From Utricularia gibba (taxonomy: Eukaryota > Plantae > Magnoliophyta): DNA of 64,000 bases. The stretch spans positions 3,968,001 to 4,032,000 of the forward strand of contig NEEC01000004.1 in NCBI GenBank assembly GCA_002189035.1, in the 5' to 3' direction. Each line of letters begins with the position of its first letter. Position 1 is the first letter of the stretch. Below, piece after piece: positions 1 to 12,396 of this stretch. The notes beneath the pieces are model-generated. The model ran no database searches and was not told the DNA's origin. It saw nothing but the letters and a program-made list of their open reading frames with translations. A program made the translations under genes and the position numbers.

Positions 1-450
1 TCCTCCCTGAGTCAAGCATTAGAGAAGTTCCATTCGGTCACCCGACATCAGATTCAGACACTATCCGAAGAACCCGTAAAGAGCAGATGGGCTGTAACCA
101 AATCATGGAACCCATGCCCCATTGGGATGCTGCCTCATCATGTAGGCTTCTCTGGTAGGTTGCCGAATCTCGACAACCAGAGCGATGAAACCTGTTTCCC
201 AGGTATGAAAGAGAGCAGTCAAGGGAGGCCAGGTAAAAGAGAAGCAGACAGTGAGAAGTGTGACAAGGTATTTGCTAAAAGAATGAAGGAGACAGAAGCA
301 GATTATTCAGGCAACTGCTCAGAAACCGTTGGTGGAGATTGCCCTGTGGGTCGTATGTTGATAGGCGGAGCATGGAAGAGCATTGGAGAGCAAGAACTTT
401 TGGGCATTGCCTCTACCATAAGACTGCTTGTCGAACCAACAGACATTTAA
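1..450 (+). CDS. Probable 3' coding exon of an unidentified gene running in from the left edge
   Basis: Frame 1 is open from base 1 to TAA at 448-450 (149 codons, SSLSQALEKF...LLVEPTDI*) and is followed by AT-rich 3'UTR-like sequence. No family motif recognised. Confidence 0.3.
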   Translation, partial: SSLSQALEKFHSVTRHQIQTLSEEPVKSRWAVTKSWNPCPIGMLPHHVGFSGRLPNLDNQSDETCFPGMKESSQGRPGKREADSEKCDKVFAKRMKETEADYSGNCSETVGGDCPVGRMLIGGAWKSIGEQELLGIASTIRLLVEPTDI

Positions 451-1291
451 GATGACGCATGTTCAGATTATGTAGTAACTTTAGAGATCAAGCTAGTTGT
501 CAGTAAGTTTTTTAAATCGAGTTTGTAAAACATACCCTCCAATAAGCAAGATCCAAACCAACTTATTCTTTGGGATCCAAAAAAATTTATAAATTTAATC
601 TGTGTTCTAGAAAAGTTCTATACTGAATTCATAAAACGTTGTTTCCTTTCGGACAGTCATAAAACGTTGTTTCTATTCTTGGACTTTGCTATGGAACCAT
701 AATGAAGAGAGATTGGCTTTCTTTATCGACTATGATTGGATTGGGTTGACCCATGATAACGGACTGGTCCGTGCCATGTTTACAAATTTGGGCAGGACCA
801 CGATAATGGCTTCGAATGGGCCACATGGCGGGATGGTCTGGGCTCGGCCACCTATATAGATTAGGCCCGCCCAAATCATAATATTAACAACGCCTAGCCC
901 AACTATTATGTTAGCCCAACCCATTTATTAATATTGGGCCACCAACCACTTTCCATGGCCCATACCAATAATTAATTTAATTCAAATGCATAAATGCCAA
1001 ATGAACTGGCCCAGCGCTTCACGTGCCCCTACCGATAACTTTAGCGAGGCGAAGACCATTACGTTAACGTGACCCAGCCCATAACACCTCGCCCAACCCA
1101 TTACTTTATATTGACCCAACCCGTCCCTTCTCTCGAGCCAAGATAATAATTAATCTTTGCCCAGTCCATAAACTAATCTTCACCCGGCCAAAAATTTAAC
1201 CAAGGCCCAGCCCATAATTTGATAAAAGGACCCGACATAACTAACAAAGGCTCATCCTATTAGTTCATGTCAGCTCAACCCACCACGTCAC

Positions 1292-2830
1292 TGGCCCAGA
1301 CCATTAATAAACGTGGCCCATTCCATCAATTAACTTGACTCAGCCCAAACGTTAACCATGGCCCAGACCATAAACTGTTATATGGCCCAGACCATTAAGT
1401 AAAGTGGCCCAGTCCAACAATTAACTCAGCTCAACCCAAACATTAATCATAGCTCAGACCATTAATTAGCGTGGCCCAATCCATCAATTAACTCGGCTCA
1501 GCCCAAACATTAACCATGGCCCAGACCAACAATTCACGTGGCCCAGTCCATCAATTAACTCGGTCAGCCCAAACATTAACCAAGGCCCAGACCATTAGTT
1601 AACGTGGCCCAGTCCATCAATTAACTCGGTCAACCCAAACATTAACCAAGGCCCAGACCATTAGTTAACGTGGCCCCGTCCATCAATTAACTCGGATCAG
1701 CCCAAACATTAACCATGGGCCAGACCAATAATTAACGCGGCCCAGTCCATCAATTACCTCGGCTCAACCCAAACATTAACCATGGCCCAGACCATTAATT
1801 AACGTGGCTCAGTCCATCAATTAACTCGGCTCAGCACAAACTTTAACCATAGCCTAGACAATTAATCAACGTAGCCCCGTCCATCAATTAACTCGGCTCA
1901 GGCCAAACATTAACCATGGCCCAGACCAATAATTAACATGGCCCAGTCCATCAATTAACTCAGCTCAGCCCAAACTTTAACCATGGCCCACACAAATAAT
2001 TAACGTGGCCCAGTCCATCAATTAAATCGGCTCAGCCCAAACATTAACCATGGCCCAGACCATTACTTTACGTGGCTCGGTCCATCAATTAACTCGGCTC
2101 AGCACAAACATTAACAAAGGCCCAGACCATTAATTAACGTGGCTCAGTCCATCAATTAACTCAGCTAAGCCCAAATATTAAACATGGCCCATACCATTAA
2201 TTAACGTGGCCCAGTCCATCAATTAACTCGGCTCAGCCCAAACGTTAACCATGGCTCAGACCATTAATTAACGTGGCCCAGTCCATCAATTAACTCGGCT
2301 CAGCCCAAACGTTAACCATGGCTCAGACCATTAATTAACGTGGCCCAGTCCATCAATTAACTCGGCTCAGCCCAAACTTTAACCATGGCTCGGAGCAATA
2401 ATTAACGTGGCCCCGTCCATCAATTAACTCGGATCAGCCCAAACATTAACCGTGGCCCAGAACAATAATTAACATGGCCCAGTCCATAAATTAACTCGGC
2501 TCAGCCCAAACATTAACCAAGGCCCAGACCATTAGTTAACGTCCCAGTCCATGAATTAACTCGGCTCAGCCCAAACATTAACCATGGCCCAGTTCATTAA
2601 TTACCGTGGCCCAGTCCATCAATTAACTCGGCGCGGCCCAAACAATGACTATAGCCCAGACCATTAATTAATGTGGACCAGTTCTCAAATGACTCGGCTT
2701 AGCTCAAACTTTAACCATGAGCCAGACCAATAATTAACGTGGCCCAGTCCATCAGTTAACTTGACTCAGCCCAAACTTTAATCGAGGCTCAGAAACAGTT
2801 TAATTAATTTGTTCCCAGTCCATCATTAAC
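1292..2830 (+). repeat. Tandem array of about 23 copies of a 67-bp unit, itself made of three related 19/22/26-bp subunits
   Basis: Consensus aacattaaccatggcccagaccattaattaacgtggcccagtccatcaattaactcggctcagccca; the cagccca anchor recurs at 2234, 2301 and 2368 (period 67). Confidence 0.95.
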
Positions 2831-2989
2831 CTGGACCCGCCCAAACTATAACCAAGGCCTAGACCATTAACTGTTTTATGGCCCAGCACATAAATTATGC
2901 TTGGCCCGGTGCATAAACTAGTTGTGGCAAAACCCACAATTTGAGCCAGGCCCAACCTTGCATTCCAGCGTGCCCATTCCGTAAATTCC

Positions 2990-3700
2990 ACGTTGGCTGG
3001 CCTGCGTTGACTTAGGCCTGACCATCTCATTGCTGTCGGCCTTCTATGGAATTTATGGGCAGAGGATATTCTTGAATTGTGATCTGGGCTGACTGGGGGC
3101 AGCCGGTCAGGTCAATAGCTGGGCGGGCTCATGTTTAATTTATGGGTCGGCGCCATGATGGAGTTCTGGGCTTTCCATGACTATTTTATGTACTTGGCCC
3201 ATATTACTTATGGGCGGGGCCTAGTAACGCCACGAGCCAACATTAATTTAATGGTCTGGGCCGATTAAATATATGGGTCGGAACTTGGTTAAATTCTGGG
3301 TGGATCTAATCTTTATTTTAAGGACTGGGCCATAATTAATTAATGAGCTTGACCAAAATTAATTAATGGTTGGGGCCGAAGTTCTAGTCTGGGCCTCGTT
3401 ATAGTAACGGGCATCGCCAGGTCAAGGACGGGCCGGACAATATGGAATTAATGGGTTGGAACCATGATGGGCGGGGCCCTTATAATATTATGGGCTGGGC
3501 CATGTCAAGTGCAGGGCCACGTGGGATGGCTGTACAACCGACACGAGTTGGGCTGAACGACGTTCACAAATTAGGTTAGGCTAACGGAGATGGTGTGGGC
3601 TGGGCGACGGGACGGAACTATAATGGGCTGTGGTTTCGAACTAGTTGGGCCGAGAGCAGTTTGGTTTGCCCCATGATGCCGAACCAGTCCGACGACCATG
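2990..3700 (-). repeat. Degenerate inverted copies of the array subunits
   Basis: The motif switches from GGCCCA(G) to (C)TGGGCC. For example, 3241-3270 cattaatttaatggtctgggccg is the reverse complement of cggcccagaccattaaattaatg, close to the array unit. Confidence 0.7.
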
Positions 3701-4420
3701 TTGATGGTAGGGTGGGGCTCACGGAGATGGTCTCGACTCAGACATCGACCACGGGTGTGGTTGGCCCACGTTCTTGGGCAGGACATCCCACACGGACACG
3801 GTATGGGTTGGGTCACCTCCACGAACCGGGATGGTCCAATGGAGACAGCTGCTTCCCAATTTCAGATAGGAAAAAATATGAAGGTCCTCATCCCCCAGCG
3901 CCAGCGGTGGTGAACTGGAGACTGGACCATGGGGATGGGGTTAGCTTCAAAGCAAGCAACTTATGAGAGAATTCAGACGGCGTGTCAGGAATATTCTGCC
4001 TATGCCAACCACATACAGATACACATCATACTCCTCTTATTTTTATTCCCAATTTATTACTTTATTTTACAGAAATAAATTAATTTAAAAAATAAAAAGT
4101 GGCTTATTGTTAAAAATTTGAAATTAATAAAATGATTCATTTTTCACAAGTGTTATTTTCGGGAATGAAAATATTTTTATTTTTATTTTTCTGTTATAAA
4201 ACTATATGGATTTATCTATTTTATTGGAAGTAACCTATTTACATAATTCTTTTTTTGATATTAGAAGTGATAATTAATCAAAAAATATTTGTAATTTATA
4301 GTAACAATAATTTATTTGAGAAAATAATATAACTTGACTGATCAAAATTCAAAAATTTTTTGAAGAAAAAACTAAAATAAATAGTTTTAGATAAGTATCC
4401 ACCTCCTTATTTATTACGCG

Positions 4421-4580
4421 CACGTGCTGACGATTGTAAAACTGACACGGGGAATTTCAAACCGTGCGATGGCGCCCCTCGTAAATAATTCCAATTACAG
4501 GGTTCAATCATCAATGGGGTGGCTGCTTGATGGATGCAAGCCACGTGGCATAATCGCCACCGTGGGTTTTGGTTATAAAT
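4421..4580 (+). promoter_or_regulatory. MIR168 core promoter: two G-box/ABRE elements and a TATA box
   Basis: CACGTG at 4421-4426, CCACGTGGC at 4541-4549 and TATAAAT at 4574-4580, about 130 bp upstream of mature miR168. Confidence 0.6.
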
Positions 4581-4692
4581 TGTCTCAGGATTCTCATTCT
4601 TACGTCGTTCTCCCTAGATGAGCTTCATATCTCGAGGCTTCTCTTTCTCCTGTTTAGTGTTCGCTCCTCCTCCCATGACGGCGTTGGTTCTT

Positions 4693-4851
4693 CGCTGCGG
4701 TTTCTAATTCGCTTGGTGCAGGTCGGGAACAGATTGCGGCAACGGCGTCGATTCTTCTTAATTGAATCATGCTGATTAGGACTGCCACGAATCGACGCTC
4801 CCTTCTGCGGCGAGTTCCCGCCTTGCATCAACTGAATCCGACACCGCGGTG
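4693..4851 (+). ncRNA. MIR168: microRNA precursor MIR168 (AGO1-regulating family)
   Basis: Mature miR168-5p TCGCTTGGTGCAGGTCGGGAA at 4709-4729 and star strand CCCGCCTTGCATCAACTGAAT at 4817-4837. The lower stem closes with cgctgcggt / accgcggtg. Confidence 0.97.
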
Positions 4852-5558
4852 ATTTTGAGGATTAATTCGGTTTTCAGACTAGGCGGATCTGAACTAGAAT
4901 CGGTGTTTTCCGGCCTAATATCTTGGATAACTACCTGGATCTACGACGGCTGAGCTGAGCAGATGATAAATCTTATTTCTGCTTGGGGAAGAATCATGTC
5001 TTTTTAGCTTTCTTTATCTGAAGAATTAATCTAATGTGCAGATTTGGATTCTTTCTTGAAAAGCGAATATGCTCTGGTTCTTTTTTCGTAGTTACAACTA
5101 CATATTGGATCTGATACTTCACTCTATTCGAATTGAAGCTTTTGGAATTCGGAATTGGTAGGAACATGTCAATTCATTGAAATCATGGAGTTTTCTTCTC
5201 TTGAAGGCTATGAACTTCTCCGAGCTTGTAGCTTTGAATGATGATAAGAATCCAGTGAGATGCATCAGGAGCGCTGCCTGCTCGATTTTCGGAAAAGTCA
5301 AGTTTCCACGGCGAAAACTGGAGCTAAAAAGTAAGCTTTGAACAAAAAGTCAAACAGGTTATTTAATTTGCGGTCTTCAAAGTCATAGCTTTCCCATTCC
5401 TGGGGAAAAATGTAGCAAGTACCCCAATTTAGTTCATTATTAGCAAAATATCTGAGTTTTGTAGGGATTTAATTGCAAATACATGATTAACAAATTGCAT
5501 AGACGTGTTCATTTGGTGAAGTAATAAGGTATGTTGTTGGTTGCACTTGAATCTTTTA

Positions 5559-6513
5559 GGGCGCGTTTGGTTGCTGGGTTTGGTTTAAACCCAAGTTTAG
5601 TTTATTTGGGTTTAGATAATCCGATTTCATAGGTTTAAAGGGTGAAATTCGTGTTTAGTTGATGGGTTTAGATTATTTGAGTTTAGGATGAATACACGAT
5701 TGGTAAGTGGGTTTAAAATTGGGTTTGTAATGATTTTCATATTAAATTATCAATATACCTTTTTAGTTAATTAAAAATAAATTATCATATATTTTATTTT
5801 TCTATATCATTTTATAAGTTCAATCGAGCACCGTATAGCATAAATTATGATGCTTAGTTGAAATTTTATCTTATAACAAGCACTGAGTAATAATATACAC
5901 GGTGCTTGTCTTCAAAACGAAAATTCACATTTACAGTAAGCACCGGATAATAATAGACGCAGTGCTCGTCTTCAAAACGAAAACTCACATTCAGTACAAA
6001 AAATGAAAACCCAGAATAACATGCTGTTATTATTTTCATCTTTATATTTTTCTTTGTTTTCATCTTTTTCTTCTTTATTTTCTTATTCTTCTTCTTCTTT
6101 CTCTTCTTCTTCTTCTTCTTTATCTTCTTCTTCTTCTTTTTCTTCTTATTCTTCTTCTTCAACAGATTTGGACAGATCTAAACAAATCTGTTACAGATCT
6201 GAATAAATATGCTACAAATATGTAGGAATTTTAACTTTCAAAAAATTGGTAAATAGATCTGTGCATCTGGTTTCTGATAAATCTACGTTCAAATATGGTT
6301 CACGTGAGGGCAAAAATGGAAGCACCAAGCTGGGTTTAGCTAAATCGACCCCCTCCCTCCTTGGGTTTAGCTAAACCCAACTCCATGGGTTACCGACTTG
6401 TTTATGGTCAAAAGGTGGGTTTATTTTTATCAACCTGAAATCCACGAACCAAACGTGGGTTTATGTCTAAACCCACGCCGCAACCCACCTAAATCCAGCA
6501 ACCAAACGCGCTC
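5559..6513. mobile_element. Tourist-type (PIF/Harbinger) MITE, 955 bp
   Basis: TIRs gggcgcgtttggttgctgggtt and aatccagcaaccaaacgcgctc match at 20/22. TTA target-site duplication at 5556-5558 and 6514-6516. No coding capacity. Confidence 0.9.
6081..6160 (+). repeat. Interrupted (TCT)n microsatellite inside the MITE
   Basis: Direct reading; it accounts for the low-complexity poly-K and poly-S ORFs 5866-6162 and 6003-6206. Confidence 0.9.
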
Positions 6514-9500
6514 TTATGGTGTTCAAGCGTGTGCCGGTTTCATCAATTATCATGGAGTCACTGTTATGTGCCAAGCACAATTCTAATTCTAGATATAATG
6601 TTCAAATTTGATTGTCGAATTTAGTAACAAAATACATATAATATTTCAGCCTTCACCAAAGTTTGTAGACATATCAGGCCCACATTCCCCATTTGCCAAT
6701 CCAACCGTTGTGATTGAGAATGACGATAAGGTCACGAGTCACCACCCACCCACTCACCAGTTCCATCCCACAAAACTGGTTTGTTCCATTCATGCTGAAT
6801 CCTTCATCATTTTCTCTTATAGGATGATGAAAACTTTTATTTAATGGCAGATATTATATGCGTTGTGAATTTATATTTTTACAATAAATTGATATATCTT
6901 AAAATTGATTAGATTATTGAAAAAAATAGCATATTCATATCTTATACTATTTTATTTTATGTATTGTAAAATAAAGTATGGGATCCGGTCGAACCGTGGG
7001 AGTCCATCCAAAATCAAACTGAAAATTATTTATTATGCATGTTGTTGATGTTCCATTCCCCATGTTATCATTAATCTTTTCGTATTAACTAGACACACAC
7101 CACAATGAACAATGGATCCTTCACAAGTACCTTATATTTTTGTGATAATTGTGAAACTTCATTAACCATGCTCCTTTTGTACATATTTTTCAATTAGAGT
7201 ATTCAACTTTCATGATTTTACGTTTTTTCTATCTTTGATTGAGAGTTTTTTGGATAATTATCTATTTTGAAATTACCCTGAACCAAGTATGCTTAACTTT
7301 GGAATTTCTACTAAAAATCTTCCAATTTGTTCATGAAAAGTACTTAAATAAGATTAGAAATATTTTTCTATTTAGGTATATTTCCTTTTTTATTCGTAAC
7401 CAATGTGAAATATTGTAATTGGATCTTTAACTTTACATTCTCCTCTTCTTAGATATTTAGTTTCTTCACTGAATACCTCTTTATTCCACTATTCGCATCG
7501 GTAAATAAAGGAAATATTATAAGATTAGGGACTTAGTCACAATACATCACATTATTTAAGGATGAAAGAGTAAATGTCTCTAAATAAAAAAAAATTCTAA
7601 TCTTGTATAAGATATTTTCTTCAAACATAGAGAATATAAAAATGTAAAAATTGAGTATCTAAAACAAACAATATTGTGTAATTAAAGAGTAGATCGTGAC
7701 ATTTGGCATCAATACACTTGAATCATTCCCGAAATTTGAAAATTAAATGAAGAAGATAATTAAAAAAAAGCCATAACACTCATGCATCAGAATACCATAA
7801 CGAATGTATTTTGTATAATATTTTACTTCATATTTTCACATATTTTATGGCTTAAATCATCTATTAAATTTAACATAGTGTTTGATTGATAATTCAATTA
7901 ATTATTTATTTAAATTATTTTTTTTATAAATATAAATCATATAATTTAGATTGAGAATTTATTTGATATTTAAGTTTCGTATGTAGTACTTTAAAATGAT
8001 ATTCTTTTTAATAGGTGCATTTAATATAATAAAATAAAATAATCGTATATTTAGGAAAACTCACCTCTTAAACATGGCTAGAAGAGCTTGTTTGGTAGGA
8101 TGTGAAAATTTATTTTATAACATATCTTCATTACATGCTTCGTAAGTAATGATGTATAACACCATCAATTAGATGTTATTCCAATTTGTTATTTAATATA
8201 TTATTTATAGTGAAAAATAAATCCATGTGTGACATAGTTTTAGTGAATCATACAACAATAAAATATGATATTTATTTTTTTCAATTATATAATAAATAAT
8301 TAATTATAAGTAGTTTAATAATTTATATGTAAATTCGGTTATAAACTTTTCTACTAAATACATGATAAATAATCGTTAATTAATTATATTTTCAATAAAC
8401 ACACATTAATATTTTTTTTTCAAATCAATCATTATAGTGTAAATTAATATTATTGATATTTAATATCATTTAAAATATTATTTTTTAACCAGATGAATTT
8501 GAGTCTACCGAGAAGAACAATATTTGGCACACAAGCTGTTCTGTTTTCTTAATTTTATATTTACATATATAGAATAAAATCAGTTTTGATATTACATCTA
8601 TAAAGTCGGTTTGAGATTGTAAAACTGTTTTTTGGAATAATATAAAATTATATTATAAATTTAATAAAATAAAATATATTTTTTAAATTTTAATATAGTA
8701 ATTAATTATATAATTTAATATTATGATATAAATATATTTTTAGAATAGATAAAAATTGAATTTTAGAATTTTTCTAATTAATATCTTATTTTATTCTTGA
8801 AATAGTTATTTAAGAAATTTAATAATTTTTGAAGTTAATCACAAAATTTGAATTTTTAATTTTAATGCACAACGACTAAAGATTATAATCTTTAAAAAAT
8901 AAATACAATTACTTTAAAAAAATTTATAACACACATCACGCTCATAGTAGTAGAGTGCAAGATTTTTTGATCATTCCAATACTTTGTATACACAATTGGT
9001 AAGTTTTTTTTGAAGGACTTGGTTGAGTAGGAGCCTTGTAGATGGACTGAATGGGGGGACATTCCCTATCCCTCCATGAATTATCAGGTGTAATGGAAAC
9101 CACATGAATTCTCTATATCTACAGCTATGCATGCCTTGTTTGTATTGGACATGACAAGATTTTTGCTTCAACACCTTCCTTCTCTTCACCACACATTGAA
9201 AATGAAGGTAATGTGCTTGCCAATTCTTCTGATGCAGCAATAAATGCTACCATTTAATTCCCCTTCTCTCTCTTTTCCTCCCGTCCCACATGCACGCTCT
9301 GCAGTTAATCCATTTTATCTTCTTCTACTCTGAATTCCTCACTCCCCCATTGATTATGTTGCGAGAGCTCCCCCACCCCCTTTTCACCGTCTTCTGTTGC
9401 CTTTCGTTGGGTGACTTTTCACCCCCTCGCCCCACTACCCTGCTTTACATTCTCTCTTCTTTCATCAGCTTGTATAACTCTGCTGCAGAGAGCCCCTCTT

Positions 9501-10016
9501 GTTGAAGGGAGCATTTATTTTTTGGTTCAAAGCGGAGAATGAGTAAGTTCTGCTGCTCCTTCTTCTTCCCTATTACATGTTTTGCTTATGTGGGTTCTCT
9601 TGTTTCGAGGTGAAATCGCAAGATTTGTTGCCAGAGTTTCAAGCTTTTTTTTTTTTTTTCTTCTCGTGAACCCAGGCTACCCTTCTTCATTTTCTTCGGT
9701 TTAGTCGTCTCGTGGATATATAATACACATATTAGTACATGGATAAAAGAAACTGGTTCCGGTAACTGCTTCTGCAGAACTGACGTACTACAAGCTTTTC
9801 TCATTTCTTCCCTTCTGGTTCCTTCAGGTCAAGGCTCTGGGCTCAGTAGTTTCTGTTTTCCTCCCCTTCTGTTTCATTGACTGCGGTAGTGTTATTGTGT
9901 TCATTTTTGCACCATCAGTCACCCAGATCTCTACCTTCTGTTACCACTCTAACACCTAGTTTTCTTGCATATTCACTTCCTCTCAGGTTCCTGATCGATA
10001 CACCTTTGCCTTGAAA

Positions 10017-12396
10017 ATGTCTATATTAAAGAGGAGACTCGCGTGCTGCTCCTGGGACACGCGACACGTCAGTGTCGATTTCGACCGACAAGAAAGTGAG
10101 TTCCTCAAAACCTGAAGAAAGTAATCGTAAACTGATATGTTAAATCTCTCAAAGATTGCATCTTTTGTTCGCTTGGGATTTAAAAATGTGATCTTTGTAG
10201 TAATATCACTGTTCAAAATGGTCCAGCCCCATCTGGAATTTTCCTTGTCTATTCGCTGAACTGTTTCGTGAAGAAAAGACATTTGTTTGTAGGGTAGCAT
10301 ATTAATTATTTGAATTATGGCAGTGCCTTCTTCTACTGATTTTAACCCAAGTTGTATGGATTCATTGTATCACTGTTCCAAGGTGTTCACTGTATGACGA
10401 ACTACTGGTGGTCCTGCTGTGTTTCTGAATGTGAATTCCCTCTTGTCCCTTTGGAATATTCTGCTTCCCGTGTCTCCAGATTTCAACCTTTACGCTCAGT
10501 AACATTGAAATGCACCAGGGATGACGACGTACAATGGACTGGAGAGTTGTATTCTCAACAGCCAGCCGCTGGACAACGAGAGTGGAACCAGCAGGGGAGA
10601 CGGCTGCGCCACTGACTCATTTGACGGCGACGATTCCAGTTGCTCCTCTAGCATGAATGGGTTCGGATCATTCTCCTCCCTCTGGACGATAATGAAGAAG
10701 GACGATGAGTGTGGTGGCGAATACCATCCGATATCGGATGTGGAGACGATGATGAAGGAAACGTTTGCGAAGCTGCTGCTTGGGGAGGATGTCACCGGAG
10801 GAACGAAGGGGGTGTCCACTGCAGTAGCTTTGTCGAATGCGATACTAAACGTTGCAGGTATGAATGACACTTCCCATCTGGTGATGGTTTCCATGGATAC
10901 GACGTATCATGCAGGTGCTGAGCTGATTCTCGTGTGCAGCTACTGTGTTTGGTGAGCTATGGAAGCTTGAGCCATTGCCGGAAGAGAAGAAAAGCAAGTG
11001 GAGACTTGAAATGGAGTGGCTTCTCTCCCCACAAACTACATGGTTGAGTTGGTTCCTGCTGAGCAAAGTTGCAGCAATGGAGGAATGTTAGAGGTAATTT
11101 TGATTGATTAGCAACTAATGAATGAAGGAAATGCTGTTTAACCTGAAACTGATAATATGCTCAGATAATGAGGCCCAGGGGGAGATCAGACATCCAAATG
11201 AATCTCCCTGCTCTGAAGCAGCTGGATTCCATGCTTCTGGTATCTGCTTTTGTCTCATCTGTGCGACACTTTGCAGCTTGCATGAAAAGCTCAAATGCTT
11301 GCCTGGTTTCTCCCTCCACAGGACGTGCTTGATTCAATGGTCGATACTGAATTCTGGTACGACGAGATGGGAAGTCGAGCGGAAGGAAGAAGCCGGAGAT
11401 GGTGGCTTCCGTCTCCACAGGTACCCAGCGCTGGGCTCTCGGACAGCGAGAGAAAGAGGTTGCTCCATCAGGGAAGATCGATATATCAAGTATTCAAAGC
11501 TGCCAAACTGATAAACGAAAACGTGTTGCTGGAAATGCCCATTCCCTCCACAATCAGGGAAGCTCTTCCCAAGGTGAATATGGTCTTCTTCACCACCTGC
11601 AACTTTCAGTGCAAATCCTTGTTGCTTATTTCCGTTCCCTTGTTTCAGTCCGGGAAGTTGGGTCTCGGAGAAGAACTCTACCGCCTACTGTCGGAAAAGT
11701 CTCTGTCCGGCGAAGAAATGATCAACCGCCTAAACCTGAAATCTGAACACCAAGCACTAGAAACCATCAACCGCCTGGAAGCCGCCATATCTGCATGGCA
11801 CATCAGAATCTCCGCTCAAGAAGCGAGCAGCAGGTCTCCAGCCAGAGCATCATGGTCGTTTATGAAAGATCCAGTAACAGAGATGGACAAAACAGACACA
11901 TTACTGAACCAAGCTGAGTTGCTTGTAAAGCATATCAAATGCAAGTACCCAAATCTCCCCAGACATTCATCGATGCAACGAAAATCCGATACGGCAAGGT
12001 AATGAACAACTGGAGATAATGAACCAATGATCAAATGAAGGGATTCCTGATCTGTTCTTGAAACTGCAGGATGTTGGGCATTCCATTCTTGAAGCCTACT
12101 CGCGAGTCCTGGCGACTCTAGCCTTCAGCATTCTTACCCGGATCGGAGACATTCTGCAAGAAGACATATTGAGCAATCCCAAGTCACCTGTGGCGATGTC
12201 TCATTTGGTCGGAGCCAGAATCCCTGGAATATCAGATAGCCCCATGCTCGACAGAGTGAGGCACTCCCTTGTTCACCAGCTGCATGATGCAGATGCACAA
12301 GCTTCTGCTTCTGCGCAAAACTCCGAAGATGCACCTGATGCAGATTCAGTTCATGAAGCGCCATGCTCGAGGCGTGTCTGGTGCATGGGAAAGTAG
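10017..12396 (+). CDS. ROPGEF14: Rop guanine nucleotide exchange factor 14-like (PRONE domain), 7 coding exons, two apparent 1-bp deletions
   Basis: Exons 10017-10095, 10519-10857, 10940-11093, 11165-11239, 11322-11573, 11649-11998, 12070-12396, all GT-AG. Motifs: [44 protein letters not shown]. Frameshifts at C-runs 11027-11030 and 11957-11960. Confidence 0.92.

Noticed and set aside
1292-2830. CRISPR-like appearance of the array
   Set aside because: Units are contiguous with no unique spacers, the context is eukaryotic, and there are no cas genes.
3571-3966. Overlapping ORFs of 71-123 aa next to the repeat arm
   Set aside because: No recognisable motif or splice structure; GC-rich repeat-derived sequence gives chance ORFs.
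5866-6206. Poly-Lys and poly-Ser ORFs
   Set aside because: They are translations of the (TCT)n tract inside the MITE.
8083-8545. Tourist-like left end gagcttgtttggtag
   Set aside because: No convincing right TIR or TSD found.
9040-9515. Partial miR159/319-like strings (ggactgaa at 9046, tgaagggagc at 9503)
   Set aside because: Only 8-10 nt match and no star strand or hairpin.
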